A stretch of 62,798 bases of DNA, counting the filler, from Chiloscyllium plagiosum (lineage: Eukaryota): the NCBI RefSeq assembly GCF_004010195.1. It is 4 parts of one record of this genome, joined end to end, with 100 filler letters (N's around TTAATTAATTAA, not from the genome) between each part and the next. Parts side by side here need not be neighbours in the genome. Positions count along the whole stretch, not along the records: positions 1 to 29,976 come from NC_057712.1; 3 more parts are not named here. One strand, written 5' to 3'. Under the pieces are notes generated by a model that searched no databases, was not told where the DNA came from, and saw nothing but the letters and a program-made list of their open reading frames with translations. The position numbers and the translations under genes are program-made. Below are positions 11,516 through 24,606 of this stretch, piece after piece; within the stretch, counting starts at the first letter, position 1; every line of letters starts with the position of its first letter.

Positions 11516-13049
11516 CCCCAGCCTCACAGCTGCTGCTCATATGGTTTCATCCTGGTCCTTGTTAGCATCTCACCTCTGAAAGCAGTGACACCCTTCACTT
11601 TATATTATCCAAATGTATTTCTCCCTAACAAGAAAGACTGTAAGCACTTTTCCTTGACATTCAATTACTATCACCTATGGAGTCACCATTGATCATAAAC
11701 TGAATTGGGTCAGCCTCATAAATGCTTTATCTATTACAGCAAAAAGATTTTGAATATTCCATGGTGACAGGCTTATCTCCTGAATCCAAAGACCTTCTTC
11801 ATCATATAAACTTTATAGAGGTTTATAAAATCATAAGGGGCATGAATAAGGTGAATAGCCAAGGTCTTTTTCCCAGGGTTTGGGGGTCCAAAACTAGACG
11901 GTGTAGGTTTAAGGTGAGAGAGTAAAGATTTAAAGGGGCCTGAGGGACAACATTTTCACATGGATGGTAGTATCTTATGGAATGAGCTGCCAGAGGAAGT
12001 GGTGGAGATAGGTACAATTACAACATTTAGAAGGCATCTGCATCTTTACATGAATAGAGGGATAGCAGCCAAATGCTTGTAAATGGGACTAGATCAGTTT
12101 AAGATATCTGGTCAGGGTGGATGAGTTGGACAGATAGGTCTTTTTCTGTGCTGTTTAACTCTATGACCCCACGGTTCTGTCTACAAGAAACAAATCAGGG
12201 GAATGATAGATTATTCTCCATTTGCCTGGGTGAGTGCAAGCAAGTTTAACAAAATTCAAGCAACTCAACATGATCAAGGACAAAGTTTGATTGGCACTCC
12301 TTTAGCATCTTTCAAATTCTCTCTCTCTCTCTCCAGCACTACCTCATGGTGGCAGCAGTGTATATCATCTTTAAGATGCAATTCACCTAACATCTTCTGA
12401 ACCACAAACTGGCCCACCTCGAAGAAAAATGGCAGTAGGCACATGGAACATCATCACTTGCAAGGTCCCCTCCAGGTCATGCATCATCCTGATGTAGAAA
12501 TGAATCGGCACTCCTTTACAGTCACCCAAACTTTCAATTGCACTTTCCAAACTCGTGATTTTGACCATCTGAAAGAAAAGGGTAGCAGACAGATGACAAG
12601 GGAGGTGAAAAAGCAAGTAAGAGAAGCAAGAAGAATGATAAGAAAATGCTAGCAATCATTATAATGGGGAACCTTGTTGAACTTGTGATATGAACCTTCA
12701 TAAGACCTCAGTCGGAGTATTGTGTACACATGTGGGTACAACCTAATAAGAAAGATGTGCATGCATTGAAGAGAGTGCATAAGTGATTTACAAGAATGAT
12801 TCCAGAAATGGGAAATTTCAGTTATGAGGATTAATTGAAGAAGTTGTGATTGTTTTCCATGGAGAGAAGAAGGCTGACAGGAGAAGTGATAGATGACTGG
12901 ACTGGATAGAGTAGCTGGAGTTAAGCTGTTCCTGCTTGTAAAAGCAACAAGATTGAAAGTGATGTGCAAAAGAAGTAAGCGCGATGTGAGAGAAATCTTT
13001 TTTCACAGAGCAAGAACTTAGGGTATGGAATGCAATGCCCAGAAATGTT

Positions 13050-13136
13050 ACTGAGTTGTGAAAAGCGCAGCAGATCAAGCAATATCCGAGGAGCAGGAGA
13101 ATTGATGTTTCGGGCATAAGCCCTTCATCAGGAATG
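13050..13136 (-). mobile_element. Truncated PLE pLTR with hammerhead motif inside a decayed CR1 tail
   Basis: Minus strand CTGATGA-A-GGGC-TTAT-GCCC-GAAACATC at 13104-13131. Confidence 0.75.
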
Positions 13137-13879
13137 GGGCTGAGGCAGGTCCAATTGAGACATTCAAGAGGGCATTGGATAATAGTTTATACAGAAATAG
13201 TGTGCAAGAGTAATTTGGCCACGCAGACAATGTCAATTTGAGATGAAGGTTCACCATCATCTTCCTGAAGTGGAACTTAAACCTGTTTGTTATCAAATGA
13301 GCCACAGCCGAACAAGTGTATGGTCGCCATCCAACCAGGAGTACATCAGTTAACAAAAACTTGGATAACAGTTTCAGCAACAGATGGGCTGAGGCGGGAG
13401 CAGGTGGGAAGTATAATGATGCTGTTGACATGTGGAAGCTCATTTTGGACTCAAATCTGTCGACAGGGTTGCAGACAGTCTGCTTGGGGTCTTCCTAATG
13501 TTTAACTAAAGGAAACCTATGCTTATCCAGTACTGAATGTCAGATGACAGTCTTACATTTTAGAGACACTGGAAGGGATTGAGATGGGTGGCAGGAAGGT
13601 AAAGCTGGGTGTCATCACTTGCTCTGATCTGCAGAACTGTTTGTTTTCCCCTCACTCCCTCTGTCTGCATTTTGCAGGGATCACTCCCTCTGGGACACTC
13701 TAGTGCATCCCACAACCACCAACACCAGCCCCCCTCTCCATGGCATCTGATATGAATGATTGATGGATTAATGGATTTATTTTTGTCATGTGTACTGCAG
13801 TATAGTGAAAAGCTTTGTTTACGAGCAGTACAGGCAGTTCATAGTAAGCAGGGACTTGCTCAGAGGCATACAGGTTACA

Positions 13880-14470
13880 TTGCTTATTGAGGCTAGACAG
13901 TCCATTCATCAGTCTAATAATGGCAGGGAAGAGGCTGTTCCTGAACCTGCTGGTGCATGTGGTCCGGTTTCTATACCTTCTGATGGAAAAGTTGTAGAAG
14001 ATCATTGCCGGGGTGCGATGAGTGTTTGATGATGTTGGCAGTGAGCTGTGTAGATGGAGTCCATGGATGGAAGGTTGGCTTCTGCAATAGTCTGGGCTGT
14101 GCACACCACCTTCTGCAGTTTCTTATGGCCCTGGGCAGAGCAGTTGCCGTACCAGGCTGTTATGCACCCAGACAGTGTGCTTTCAATAGTGCATCTGCAG
14201 AAGTCGGTGATGATCCTTATGGACAGGCCAAATTTCCTGAGCTGCCTGAGGAAGAAGGATTGTTGTGCCTTCTTGACCGTCACATCTAGGCGAGAAGTCC
14301 AGGACAGGTTGTCGATTATCCATACTCTGAGGTACTTGACGCTCCCCATCTTTCAACCTTAGTTCCATTGATGTAGATGAGGGTGCATTCTCCTCCTTTC
14401 TTTCTGAAGTCAATGATCAGTTTTTTTAGTTTTGCCAACTTTGCGAGAGAGGTTGTTCTCATTGCACCAC
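13880..14470 (-). mobile_element. Rex1/Babar-type LINE 3' fragment
   Basis: KKAQQ.FFLRQLRKFG..CTIESTLSGCITAWYGNCS..KKLQKVV and RTT.TSRFRNSLFP.IIRL match the Rex1 ORF C-terminus. Confidence 0.8.
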
Positions 14471-14474
14471 ATCA

Positions 14475-15190
14475 CCTTCCCACATAACTGCAAAACCTAC
14501 CCCTTCCCCTCCTCCCTGTTCCCCATCCAAGGGCCAAAACAGTCTTTTCAGGTGAAGCAGTATTTCTAATCTTGTGTATTGAATGTGCTGCACCCAATGT
14601 GGTCTACTCTACATTGGAGAAACCAAACGTAGACTAGGTGACAACTTTGCGGAACACCTCCAGTCTGTGCATCAGCATGACCCTGACCTTCCTATGGCTG
14701 GTCATGTTAACATAGCATCATTCTCACATACTCACATGTCTGTCCTCAGCATGCTGCAATGCTCCAGAGAATCACAGCAGAAAATGGAGGAACAACATCT
14801 CATCTTCAGACGAGACACTTTACAGCCTTCTGGACTTAATATTGAGTTCAACACTTTCAAATTGTGAATGTATCTTCCCTTTCTTTTAGCTTGTTATCAT
14901 GAACTCCCCTCCCCCATCCCCTTTCAAGTCTGGAAGGAGACACATCATTGTTCTGCCATTCTCACAGCCTGATCACTTAATCTGAACTATCAACACCTTT
15001 TCTTCATCAGCACTCTACATTCACTACCTCCAACCCCACCCCTCCTCCCCTCCCCAAACTGTAGCTTAAATGCTGTCCCCTCCATACTTCAGCTCTGATG
15101 AAGAGTCATCTAGATTCTCAATAATAGCTTTTTCTCTCTCCATGGATGCTACCTGACCCACTGTGATCTCCAGTATTTGTTGTTTTCAGT
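14475..15190 (+). mobile_element. Penelope-like element 3' part (GIY-YIG endonuclease remnant and pLTR)
   Basis: CTQCGLLYIGETKRRLGDNFAEHL; degenerate hammerhead agctCTGATGAagagtc-atcta-gattc near 15091-15118. Confidence 0.8.
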
Positions 15191-15988
15191 AACACATAAT
15201 CTTTCCTTAGTAAATCCATACTGACAGTTCTTGAATAATCAATGACTTGCTGCATATGAGCACAAACTGTTTCGTAATCTAAGCTATAGTTGACCAAGTA
15301 TACGGTGGCCATCCAACATCGAATACATCAGTTAACAAAGATTTGGATACTATGTGTTAAGTAATCACCCCTAATTGAGCAAGGAAGAATCAATTATGTT
15401 GCTGTGAGACAAGTGTGTCAGAATGGCCAGACTGGAGTGATGTGTATCAGAATATAGATCAGTCCTCAGATTTCCAGTGACCTAGGAGCTGTAAGGCCAT
15501 TTCACAAATCGATCAATGCCATTGATGGACAACATGGTCATCCAAAACACATTTGATATGCAACAGTCTTGGGAGAAAATTTAGAGCTCAGGGAATTAAA
15601 GAAACAGAATTAACCAGGATACAACTGTATTGAGTTATAGAAAACAGAGAGTACTAATTAATGAATGCTTTTCAGGCTGGGGTTTGTGCTGGAGTCAGTA
15701 TAGAGACCTTTGCTTTTCTTGATGTGTATGTGGAAGTGCCAGTGTTAGACTGGGCGGACAAAGTCATAAGTTACATGACACCAGGTTATAGTCCATTGCT
15801 CCTTCATCAGGTGACTGCAGCGCACCGAAAGCTTGTGATTTTAAATAAACCTGTTGGATTGTAACCTCATGTCATTTGATTTCTGACTTTCTTTATATGT
15901 ATCAATAACCTATACATTGGTGTCCAGTGCACAACATTAAAATTTGTGGATGAAACAAAACTTGAAAGCAGAGTACAATGTAAGGACT

Positions 15989-16167
15989 CGGAGAAAGTGA
16001 GGACTGCAGATGCTGGAATCAGAGCTGAAAATGTGTTTCTGGAAAAGCGCAGCAGGTCAGGCAGCATCCAAGGAGCCAGGAAGAAGGGCTCATGCCCGAA
16101 ACGTCGATTCTCCTGCTCCTTGGATGCTGCCTGACCTGCTGCGTTTTTCCAGCAACACATTTTCAGC
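15989..16167. mobile_element. Palindromic PLE pLTR insertion
   Basis: Inverted arms; TSD ta(c/t)aatgtaaggact at 15974-15988 and 16168-16182. The hammerhead 5' core is clipped at the inversion junction (~16079). Confidence 0.85.
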
Positions 16168-16901
16168 TATAATGTAAGGACTGTAGTGATCTGATTGCTA
16201 TAAGTTTGACAAGCATCAGAATTGTATGAAACAACAATGCTTTAGATAAAGGGCCAGTTTAGTCGGGAGGTCACTAACTTGAGAACAAAGATTTAAAATA
16301 ATTGTTGAATAAAGGAGAGGTGAATTGAGGAGAAATCCTTTCACTCAGAGAGTGGCAGGAGCCTGAAATTTACCTCTGAAAGGATGGTGGAGGCAACAAC
16401 ACTCATTACATTTAAAAATAATTGGATATGCATTTGAGGTGTTGTAATCTACGCTTTAGATCAAGAGCTCAGAAGTGAAGTGAAACAGGTCAGCTTTTTT
16501 TTTGACAGGCATAGTAGTATGGCCAAATGTTTTCATCAGTACAGTATATGTATATAATTTACCTTGGATCTAGAAAAGTAGCTGAAGAGGAGTCTGAGAA
16601 GTCAGTGAATAAATTAGACAACAAATTGGAAATTTGAACTGGAAATCGGAAGGAGATTTGCTAATTTGATGTGAATTTGCTGCCCCCTTCTGGACAGTAA
16701 TTTAAAGTGTCAGCAATGGGCTGAAACTGAAAATTGGCACATTATCTCAGGCTAATGGAGAAAGGCAATGAAATTTACCACCCAGATGTTCAGGTAGATG
16801 TTTTACACCCATATCTCTTTGAATCCTATCAAAATTCTACAAATATATAAGATGAAAAAGTGTGGCTAAGATAAACATTTGTCCTTTAGAGGATGAGAAG
16901 T

Positions 16902-17283
16902 AGATTAGATTTCCCTACAGTGTGGAAACAGGCCCTTTGGCCCAACAAGTCCACACCAACCCTCCGAAGAGTAACCCCCCCATAACTATGGACAATTTAG
17001 CATGGCCAATTCACCTAACCTACACATCTTTGGAACATGGGAGAAACTGGAGTACACAGACAGTCACCCAAGGCTAGAATTGAACCTGGGACCCTGGCAC
17101 TGTGAGGCAGCAATGCTAACCATGGAGCCACCATGCTGTCACCTAACCTACACATCTTTGGAACATGGGAGAAACTGGAGTACCCAGAGGAAACCCACAC
17201 AGACAGTCACCCAAGGCTAGAATTGAACCTGGGACCCTGGCACTGTGAGGCAGCAATGCTAACCATGGAGCCACCATGCTGCC
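16902..17283 (-). mobile_element. HE1-like (V-SINE) tRNA-derived SINE with duplicated 5' portion
   Basis: Minus strand ggcagcatggtggctccatggttagcattgctgcctcacagtgccagggtcccaggttcaattc occurs twice (units ~17021-17138 and ~17139-17283), followed by a CR1-like tail. Confidence 0.8.
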
Positions 17284-17530
17284 AGGGGGGTTGGTTAATG
17301 GGAAATGAGGAAATAGCCGAGGCATTGAACAGGTATTTTGCCAGTAACATGCCAGTAATTGATGACAAAGAGACTAAGGTAGGTGAGGACCTTAAAGGAG
17401 CCTTCCACATCCATCAAAGTTTTACCTGCACATCCACTAATATCATTTATTGTATTGCTGTGCTCTTGCAGCACCACTAATCCAGAATCGAGGACCTAGA
17501 AATGATCATTATCATGAAAGCGGTAGTAGG

Positions 17531-17930
17531 ACAAAGTGAGGTCTGCAGATGCTGAAGATCAGAGTCTAAAAGTGTAGCGCTGGAAAAGCACAGCAGGTCA
17601 GGCAGTATCCAAGAAGCAGGGGAGTCAATGTTTCGAGCAAAAGCCCTTCATCAGGAATGTTGGGGGTTGCACGCAAGAGGGCTGAGAGATAAATGGGAGG
17701 AGGGTGGGACTGATGGCAAGGCAGCTAGAAATACGATAGGTAGTTGAAGGTGAAAGTGGGGGTGATGGTGATAAGTCGGAGGGGAGACTGGAACGGACAA
17801 GTGGGAAGGAAGATGGGCAGGTAGGACAGATCAAGAGGGCAGTGCCGAGTTGGAGGGTTGAATCTGGGATAAGGTGGGGGGAGGAGAGAAGAGGAAATTA
17901 GTGAAATCAATATTGATTCCGTGTGGTTAC
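17531..17930 (-). mobile_element. PLE 3' end with pLTR and hammerhead remnant
   Basis: pLTR 17531-17660 (CTGATGAAGGGCTTTTGCTCGAAAC on minus) plus the pyrimidine-rich 3' region shared with 40780-41020 and 42261-42600. Confidence 0.8.
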
Positions 17931-17934
17931 GGAG

Positions 17935-19588
17935 TCAGAGTCATAGAGATGTACAGCAGAGAAACAAACCCCTCGGTCCAACTCATCCATGCCGACCAGA
18001 TATCCCAACCTAATCTAGTCCCATTTGCCAGCACTTGGCCCATATCCCTCTAAACCCTTGCTATTCATATACCAATCCAGATGCCTCCACCACTTCCTCC
18101 AGCAGCTCATTCCATACTCGCACCACTCTCTGTATGAAAAAGTTGTCCCTTAGGTCCCTTTTATATCTTTCCCCTCTCACTCTAAACCTATGCCCTCTAG
18201 TTCTTGTCGGCTCACTCCAGGGAAAAGACTTTGTCTATTTATCCAATCCATGCCCTTCGTGATTTTATAAATCTCTATAAGGTCACCCCTCAGCCTTCGA
18301 TGCTCCAGGGAAAACAGCCCCAGCTTATTCAGCCTCTCCCTATAGCTCATATTCTCCAACCCTGGAAACATTCTTGTAAATCTTTTTTGAGCCTTTTCAA
18401 GTTTCACAACATCCTTCCAATAGGAAGGAGACCAGAATTGCATGCAATATTCCAAAAGTGGCCTAACCAACGTCCTGTACAGCCGCAACATGACCTCCCA
18501 ACTCCTGTACTCAATACTCTGACCAACAAAGGAAAGCATACCAAACGCCTTCTTCACTATCCTATCTACCTGCGACTCCACTTTCAAAGAGCTATGAACC
18601 TGCANNNNNNNNNNNNNNNNNNNNNNNNNNNNNNNNNNNNNNNNNNNNNNNNNNNNNNNCCTAACCAACGTCCTGTACAGCCGCAACATGACCTCCCAAC
18701 TCCTGTACTCAATACTCTGACCAACAAAGGAAAGCATACCAAACGCCTTCTTCACTATCCTATCTACCTGCAACTCCACTTTCAAGGAGCTATGAACCTG
18801 CACTCCAAGGTCTCTTTGTTCAGCAACACCCCCCATGACCTTACCATTAAGTGTATAAGTCCTGCTAAGATTTGCTTTCCCAAAACGCAGCACCTCGCAT
18901 TTATCTGAATTAAACTCCATCTGCCCCTTCTCAGCCCAGTGGCCCATCTGGTCCAGATCCTGTTGTAATCTGAGGTAACCTTCTTCGCTGTCCACGATAT
19001 CTCATCTGCAAACTTATTAACTACACCTCCAATGTTCATATCCAAATCATTCATACAAATAAAGAAAAGTAATGGACCCAGCACCGGTCCTTGTGGCACT
19101 TCACTGGTCACAGACCTCCAGTCTGAAAAATAACCCTCCACCACCACCCTCTGTCATCTACCTTCAAGCCAGCTCTGTATCCAAATGGCTAGTTTTCCCT
19201 GTATTCCATGAGATCTAACCTTGCTAACCAGTCTCCCATGGGGAACCTTGTCGAACACCTTACTGAAGTCCATACAGATCACGTACACCACTCTGCCCTC
19301 ATCAATCCTCTTTGTTACTTCTTTAAAAAACTCAATAAAGTTTGTGAGACATAATTTCCCATGCACAAAGCCATTTTGACTATCCCTAATCAGTCCTTGC
19401 CTTTTTAAATATGTGTAAATCCTGTCCCTCAGGATCCCCTCCAACAATGTGCCCACAACCAACATCGGGCTCACAGGTCTATAGTTCCCTGGCTTGTCCT
19501 TATTACCTTTCTTAAATATTGGTACCAAGTTAGCCAACCTCCAGTCTTCTGACCTGTCACCTGTGACTATTGATGATACAAATATATC
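17935..19588 (-). mobile_element. CR1 (HER1-like) LINE, RT domain to 3' tail
   Basis: NYRPVSP, DFSKVFDKVPH, PQGPVLGPLLF, KFAD, YRTLVRPLLEYCMQFWSP. Contains an N gap at 18605-18659. Confidence 0.92.
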
Positions 19589-19589
19589 A

Positions 19590-19960
19590 TGTAAGATTCT
19601 GTAAATCCGTTTTTTAGATTAGAATCAGCCTGGCCTTTGCTGCACAGACAGCCTCACACGGGAAACTCACACCTTCAATACATTATCTGGGCCGACATAA
19701 CACCAATTGTTAAAGTTCACTTGAGAATGTAACTTTTAAAAAACGTTTTGTGATTTACATTTGAAAGAACTAGCCATTTGGGCGGCGCGGTGGCACAGTG
19801 GTTAGCATTGCTGCCTCACAGCGCCAGAGACCTGGGTTCAATTCCCGACTCAGGCGACTGACTGTGTGGAGTTTCCAAATAAACCTGCTGGACTATAACC
19901 TGGTGTTGTGTGATTTTTGACTTTATACACCCCAGTTCAACACCAGCGTCTCCAAATCAT
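19590..19960 (+). mobile_element. PLE-type 3' terminal sequence (third family) interrupted by a SINE head
   Basis: aaataaacctg.tggactataacctggtgttgtgtgattttt.actt..caccccagt.caacacc tail shared with 15730-15890, 30725-30812, 32800-32905 and 53492-53582. Confidence 0.55.
19779..19873 (+). mobile_element. HE1-like SINE 5' tRNA-derived head
   Basis: gggcggcgcggtggcacagtggttagcattgctgcctcacagcgccagagacctgggttcaattcccg with pol III A- and B-box-like motifs. Confidence 0.8.
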
Positions 19961-20490
19961 TACTTAAGAAACGATGTACTGTCACTAGACGGGGTGCAGA
20001 GGAGATTCACCAGGTTGATTCCAGAGTTGAGGGGGTTGGCTGATGAGGAGAGACGAAGTAGACTGGGATTATATTCATTGGAATTTAGAAGAACGAGGGG
20101 GAATCTTATAGAAACATAAAATTATGAGGGGAATAGATAAGACAGAAGTAGAGAGGATGTTTCTACTGGCAGATGAAACTAGAAAAAGGGGGCATAGCCT
20201 CAAGTTTAGGGGGAGCAGATTTAGGAATGAATTGAGGAGGAACTTCTTCACCAAGAGGGTTGTGAATCTATGGAATTCCCTGCTCAGTGAATCAGTTGAC
20301 ATTTCCTCATTGAATGGTTTTAAAGCTAAGATAATTTTTTTGAATAGTAAAAGAATTAAGGATTATGATAAGAGGGTGGGTAAGTGGAGCTGAGGCCATG
20401 AAAAGATTAGCCATTGATCTTATTGAATGACAGAGCTGGCTCGAAGGGCCAGGTGACCTACTTCTGCTTCCGATTCTTATGTTCTTATGT
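19961..20490 (+). mobile_element. CR1 LINE 3' fragment
   Basis: VQRRFTRLIPELRGL..RLGLYSLEFRRTRGNL and RRNFFTKRVVNLWNSL; tail ttcttatgttcttatg. Confidence 0.85.
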
Positions 20491-20723
20491 AAAGTTACGG
20501 TTGAAGATTGTGAAAAACAAACAGAGGTCCTGGTATTTTCTTGTCAAGTTTGATTTCTGCTCTCAGCATCGTAACCACTCCACTTCGCCCAAAAGTGAGA
20601 AGAATAGATATCAACCTTTTTCCACTAAAAGACTCTCAACTCAAGAGCTGCAATAATTGAATCTCCATTGCTGAGAGTTCGGACCACAATCCAGGCTGCC
20701 ATTCAGTAATGAAGTTGTGCTAG

Positions 20724-21375
20724 CATAAGACCATAAGACAGAGGAGCAGAATTAGGCCATTTGGCATGAGTCTGTTCCACCTTTCGATCATGGCTGACAT
20801 GTTTCTCAACACTATTCTTCTACCTTCTCCCCGTAACCCTTGATCCCCTCACTAGTCAAGAACCAATCTATCTCAGACTTAAATACACTCAATGACTTGG
20901 CCTCCACTGCCTTCTGTAGCAATATGTTCCCCAGATTCACCTCCCTCTGGCTGAAGAAATTCCTCCTCATTTCAGTTCTAAAGGGTCATCCCTTCACTCT
21001 GAGACTGTGTCCTTGGGTCCTTTTCTCTTCTGGTAGATGGAAACATCTCCATGTCCACTCAATCCTGCAAGTTTCAATCATCCTTCTAAATGCTATTGAG
21101 TACAGATACAGAAGCTTTACCTGCTCTTCTTATGACAAGCCCTTCATCCCCAAGATCATTCTCGTAAACCTCCTCTGGACCATCTCCAACACCAGCACAT
21201 TCTTCCTTCGATATGGGACCAAAACTGCTCACAATATTCTAGATGTGGTCTGACAAGAGCCCTGTACAGCCTCAGCAGTACATTCTGCTCTTTTATTCGA
21301 GCCCTCTGAAAACGAATATTATCATTACATTTGCCTTCTTAACTGCCAACTGAATCTGCAAGTTAACCTTAAGAG
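20724..21375 (-). mobile_element. CR1 LINE 3' fragment
   Basis: Reverse-complement CR1 C-terminus and cataagaccataagac tail. Confidence 0.8.
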
Positions 21376-21379
21376 AGTT

Positions 21380-23553
21380 GGAGTGACAGCGAGGACCAGA
21401 GGCACAATTGAAATGTGGGGCTTATTCAAGGACTAGCTACTGCAGGTCCATGATAAGTATATACCAGTCAGGCAGGGAGGAAGTTGTCGAGCACGGGAGC
21501 CATGATTTACTAAGGAAGTTGAATCTCTGGTCAAGAGGAAGAAGAAAGCTTATGTTAGGGTGAGATGTGATGGCTCAATTAGGGCACTTGAGAGTTATAA
21601 GTTAGCCAGGAAAGACTGACAGAGACAGCTCAGAAGAGCCAGGAGGGGACTGAAAATTCGTTGGCGGATAGGATCAAGGAAAGCCCTAAGGCTTTCTGTA
21701 GGTATATCAGGAGTAAAAGAATGACGAGAGTAAGATTAGGGCCAATCAAGGATAGCGTGGAAGGTTGTGCGTGGAGTCAGAGGAGATAGAGAAAGCGCTA
21801 AATGAATACTTTTCATCAGTATTCACACTTGAAAAAGATAATGTTGTTGAGGAGAATACGAGATACAGGCTACTAGACTAGATGGGATTGAGGAGCATAA
21901 GGAGGAGCTGTTAGAAATTCTGGAAAGTGTAAAAATAAATCAGTCCCCTGGGCCCAATGGGATTTATCCTAGGATTCTCTGGGAAGCCAGGGAAGAGATT
22001 GCAGAGCCTTTGGCTTTGATTTTTATGTCGTCATTGTCCACAAGAATAGCGCCAGAAGACTGGTGGATAGCAAATGTTGTTCCCTTGTTTAAGAAGGGAG
22101 TAGAGACAACCATGGAAATTATAGATCTGTGAGCCTTACTTTGGTTATGGGTAAAGTGTTGGAAAGGTTATAAGAGATTTATAATCATCTAGACAGGAAT
22201 AAGTTGATTAGGGATTGGCACCACAGTCTTGTGAAGGGTAGGTCGTGCCTCACAAATCTTATTGAGTTCTTTGAAATAGGTGGATGAGGGTAAAGCAGTT
22301 GATGTGGTCTATATGGATTTCAGTAAAGCGTTTGATAAGGTTCCCCTTGGTAGGCTATTGCACAAAACACGGAGGCATGGGATTGAGGGTGATTTAGCAG
22401 TTTGGATCAGAAACTGGCGAGCTGAAAGAAGACAGAGGGTGGTGGTTGTTGGGAAATATTCGTCCGAGTTTAGTTACTAGTGGTGTACCACAAGGAGCTG
22501 TTTTGGGCCCACTGCTGTTTGTCATTTTTATAAATGACCTCAGTGAGGGCATTGAAGGATGGGTTAGTAAACTAAGGTCGGTAGAGTTGTGGTTAGTGAC
22601 AAAGGATGTTATAGGTTACAGAGACATAGATAAGCTGCAGAGCTGGCTGATAAGTGGCAAATGGAGTTTAGTGTGGAAAAGTGTGAGATGATTCACTTTG
22701 GAAGGAGTAACAGGAGTGCAGAGTACTGAGCTAATGGTAAGATTCTTGGCAGTGTAGATGAGCAGAGAGATCTCGGTGTCCGGGTATATAGATCCTTGAA
22801 AGTTGCCACCCAAGTTGATAGGGTTGTTAAGAAGGGATACGGTGTGTTAGCTTTTCTTGGTATAGGGATTGAGTTTCGGAATCATGAGATCATGTTGCAG
22901 CTATACAAAACTCTGGTGCGGCCACAATTGGAGTATTGCATGCAGTTCTCGTCATTGCATTATAAGAAGGATGTGGAAGCTTTGGAGGGTTCCAAAAGCC
23001 TTCCAGATGCTGTCACAACTACCCAGTATCCCTACTTCTGTTATAAGGACTTCCTCAAGCAAAATATGAACGTAACAAACACTGACCCTGGGTTTCCTCT
23101 GACCCTTTCCAAAAGGGTTCAGAGGAGATTTACTAGGATGTTGCCTTGTATGGAGGGAAGGTTTTATGAGGAAAGGCTGAGAGACTTCAGGCTGCGACTT
23201 AATTGAGACATATTAGATAACCAGAGGGTTAGATAGGTTGAACAGTGAGACCATTTTCCCTCGGATGGCGATGGCTAGCATGAGGGGACATAGCTTTAAA
23301 TTGAGGTGTGATAGATATAGGACAGATGTCAGAGATAGTTTCTTTACTCAGAAAGTAGTAAGGGTGTGGAGCGTACTATCTGCAGCAGTAGTAGACTCGC
23401 CAACCTTAAGGGCATTTAAATAGTCATTGGATAGGCATATGGATGAGAATGGAATAGTGTAGGTTAGATGGGCTTCAGATTGGTTCCACAGGTCGACACA
23501 ACATCGAGGGCTGAAGGGCTGAAGGGCCTATAATGATCTATGTTCTATGTTCT
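21380..23553 (+). mobile_element. CR1 LINE ORF2 (linker, RT, 3' tail), decayed
   Basis: DEGKAVDVVYMDFSKAFDKVP, GVPQGAVLGPLLFVIFINDL, LYKTLVRPQLEYC; tail (tctatgt)n. Foreign insert at ~22990-23115. Confidence 0.92.
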
Positions 23554-24380
23554 AACCTTGAATTCAGATTCCTAAGTTTCCTTTCTGAAACCTTTCCTCG
23601 TTTTGAAAATAGTCTCCACTTCTATTCTTCCTACCAAAGTGCATAACCTCACACTTCTCAACATTGTACTCTGTCTGCCATTTGTTTGTCCACTCTCCAA
23701 GCCTATCCTAGACCTTTTGCAGCCTCCCCACCTCCTCAACACTACCTGCCCCTCCACCTATCCTTGTGTCATCTGCAAACTTAGCAACAAGGCCCTAAGT
23801 TCGTTCGTCCACATAACTTATGTATAATGTGAATAATTGTGGTCGCAACACAGACCACTTCAGAACTCCACTCCTCACCAGCTGCCATCCTGTAAAAGAC
23901 CCCTTTATTCCCATTCTCTGTCTTCTGCCAGTCAGCCAAACACAGTCTGTGCTGCATTTCCTGTAGAGGAAGGCAGTAGGCTGAGAAAGTATCCTTTGTT
24001 TTCTCAAGGCCCTCTCCACAGTCAGCTAAGCATTTCATTTCTGTTTGCCTCTTCTACTACCCTTCCAATTCAATCTCCAGATGTCACAGCCACCTCCCAA
24101 TCACCAGGGTCAGTGTTTGTAACGTTCATATTTTGCTTGAGGATGTCCTTATAACAGAAGTAGGGATACCGGGTAGTTGTGATACCATCTGGAAAGCTTT
24201 TGGAAATATGGCTGTCATCCATCTGATAAATATGGCTGATCCAGCACAGATCCATTGGCTTAGAAATGAAACATCAAAAATACTTAACTGGCTATAAATG
24301 ACTGCATTTTCCCGGCCTCTGAATGATGTGCGCAAGGACAGAAAAGTTGGGAAGATACAACTAGACTGAAAAATTAGATT

Positions 24381-24606
24381 AGGAGAAAGTGAGGACTGCA
24401 GATGCTGGAGATCAGAGCTTAAAAATGTGTTGCTGGAAAAGCACAGCAGGTCAGGCAGCATCAAAGGAGCAGGAGAATCGACATTTCAGGCATAAGCCCT
24501 TCTTCAGGAATTCCTGAAGAAGGGCTTATGCCCGAAACGGCGATTCTCCTGCTCCTTTGATGCTGACTGACCTGCTGCGCTTTTCCAGCAACATATTTTT
24601 AAGCTT
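24381..24606. mobile_element. Palindromic PLE pLTR insertion with two opposed hammerhead motifs
   Basis: Arms meet at ggaattcc (24507-24514) with no spacer. TSD tgaaaaat(t/g)agatt at 24367-24380 and 24607-24620. Confidence 0.88.

Noticed and set aside
18462..18802. ~143-bp direct repeat flanking the N gap in the CR1, producing the 272-aa and 234-aa ORFs
   Set aside because: Near-identical sequence on both sides of a gap indicates unmerged overlapping contig ends or alleles, not a true duplication or long ORF.
20490..20722. Possible exon in non-repetitive sequence after a pyrimidine tract and AG
   Set aside because: Translations show no similarity that I recognise to CNIH4 or WDR26, and they hit stops.
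2077..24464. Repeated peptide MCCWKSAAGQAASKEQENRRF suggesting a small-protein family
   Set aside because: It is the antisense translation of the non-coding pLTR/hammerhead repeat, with inconsistent starts and stops.
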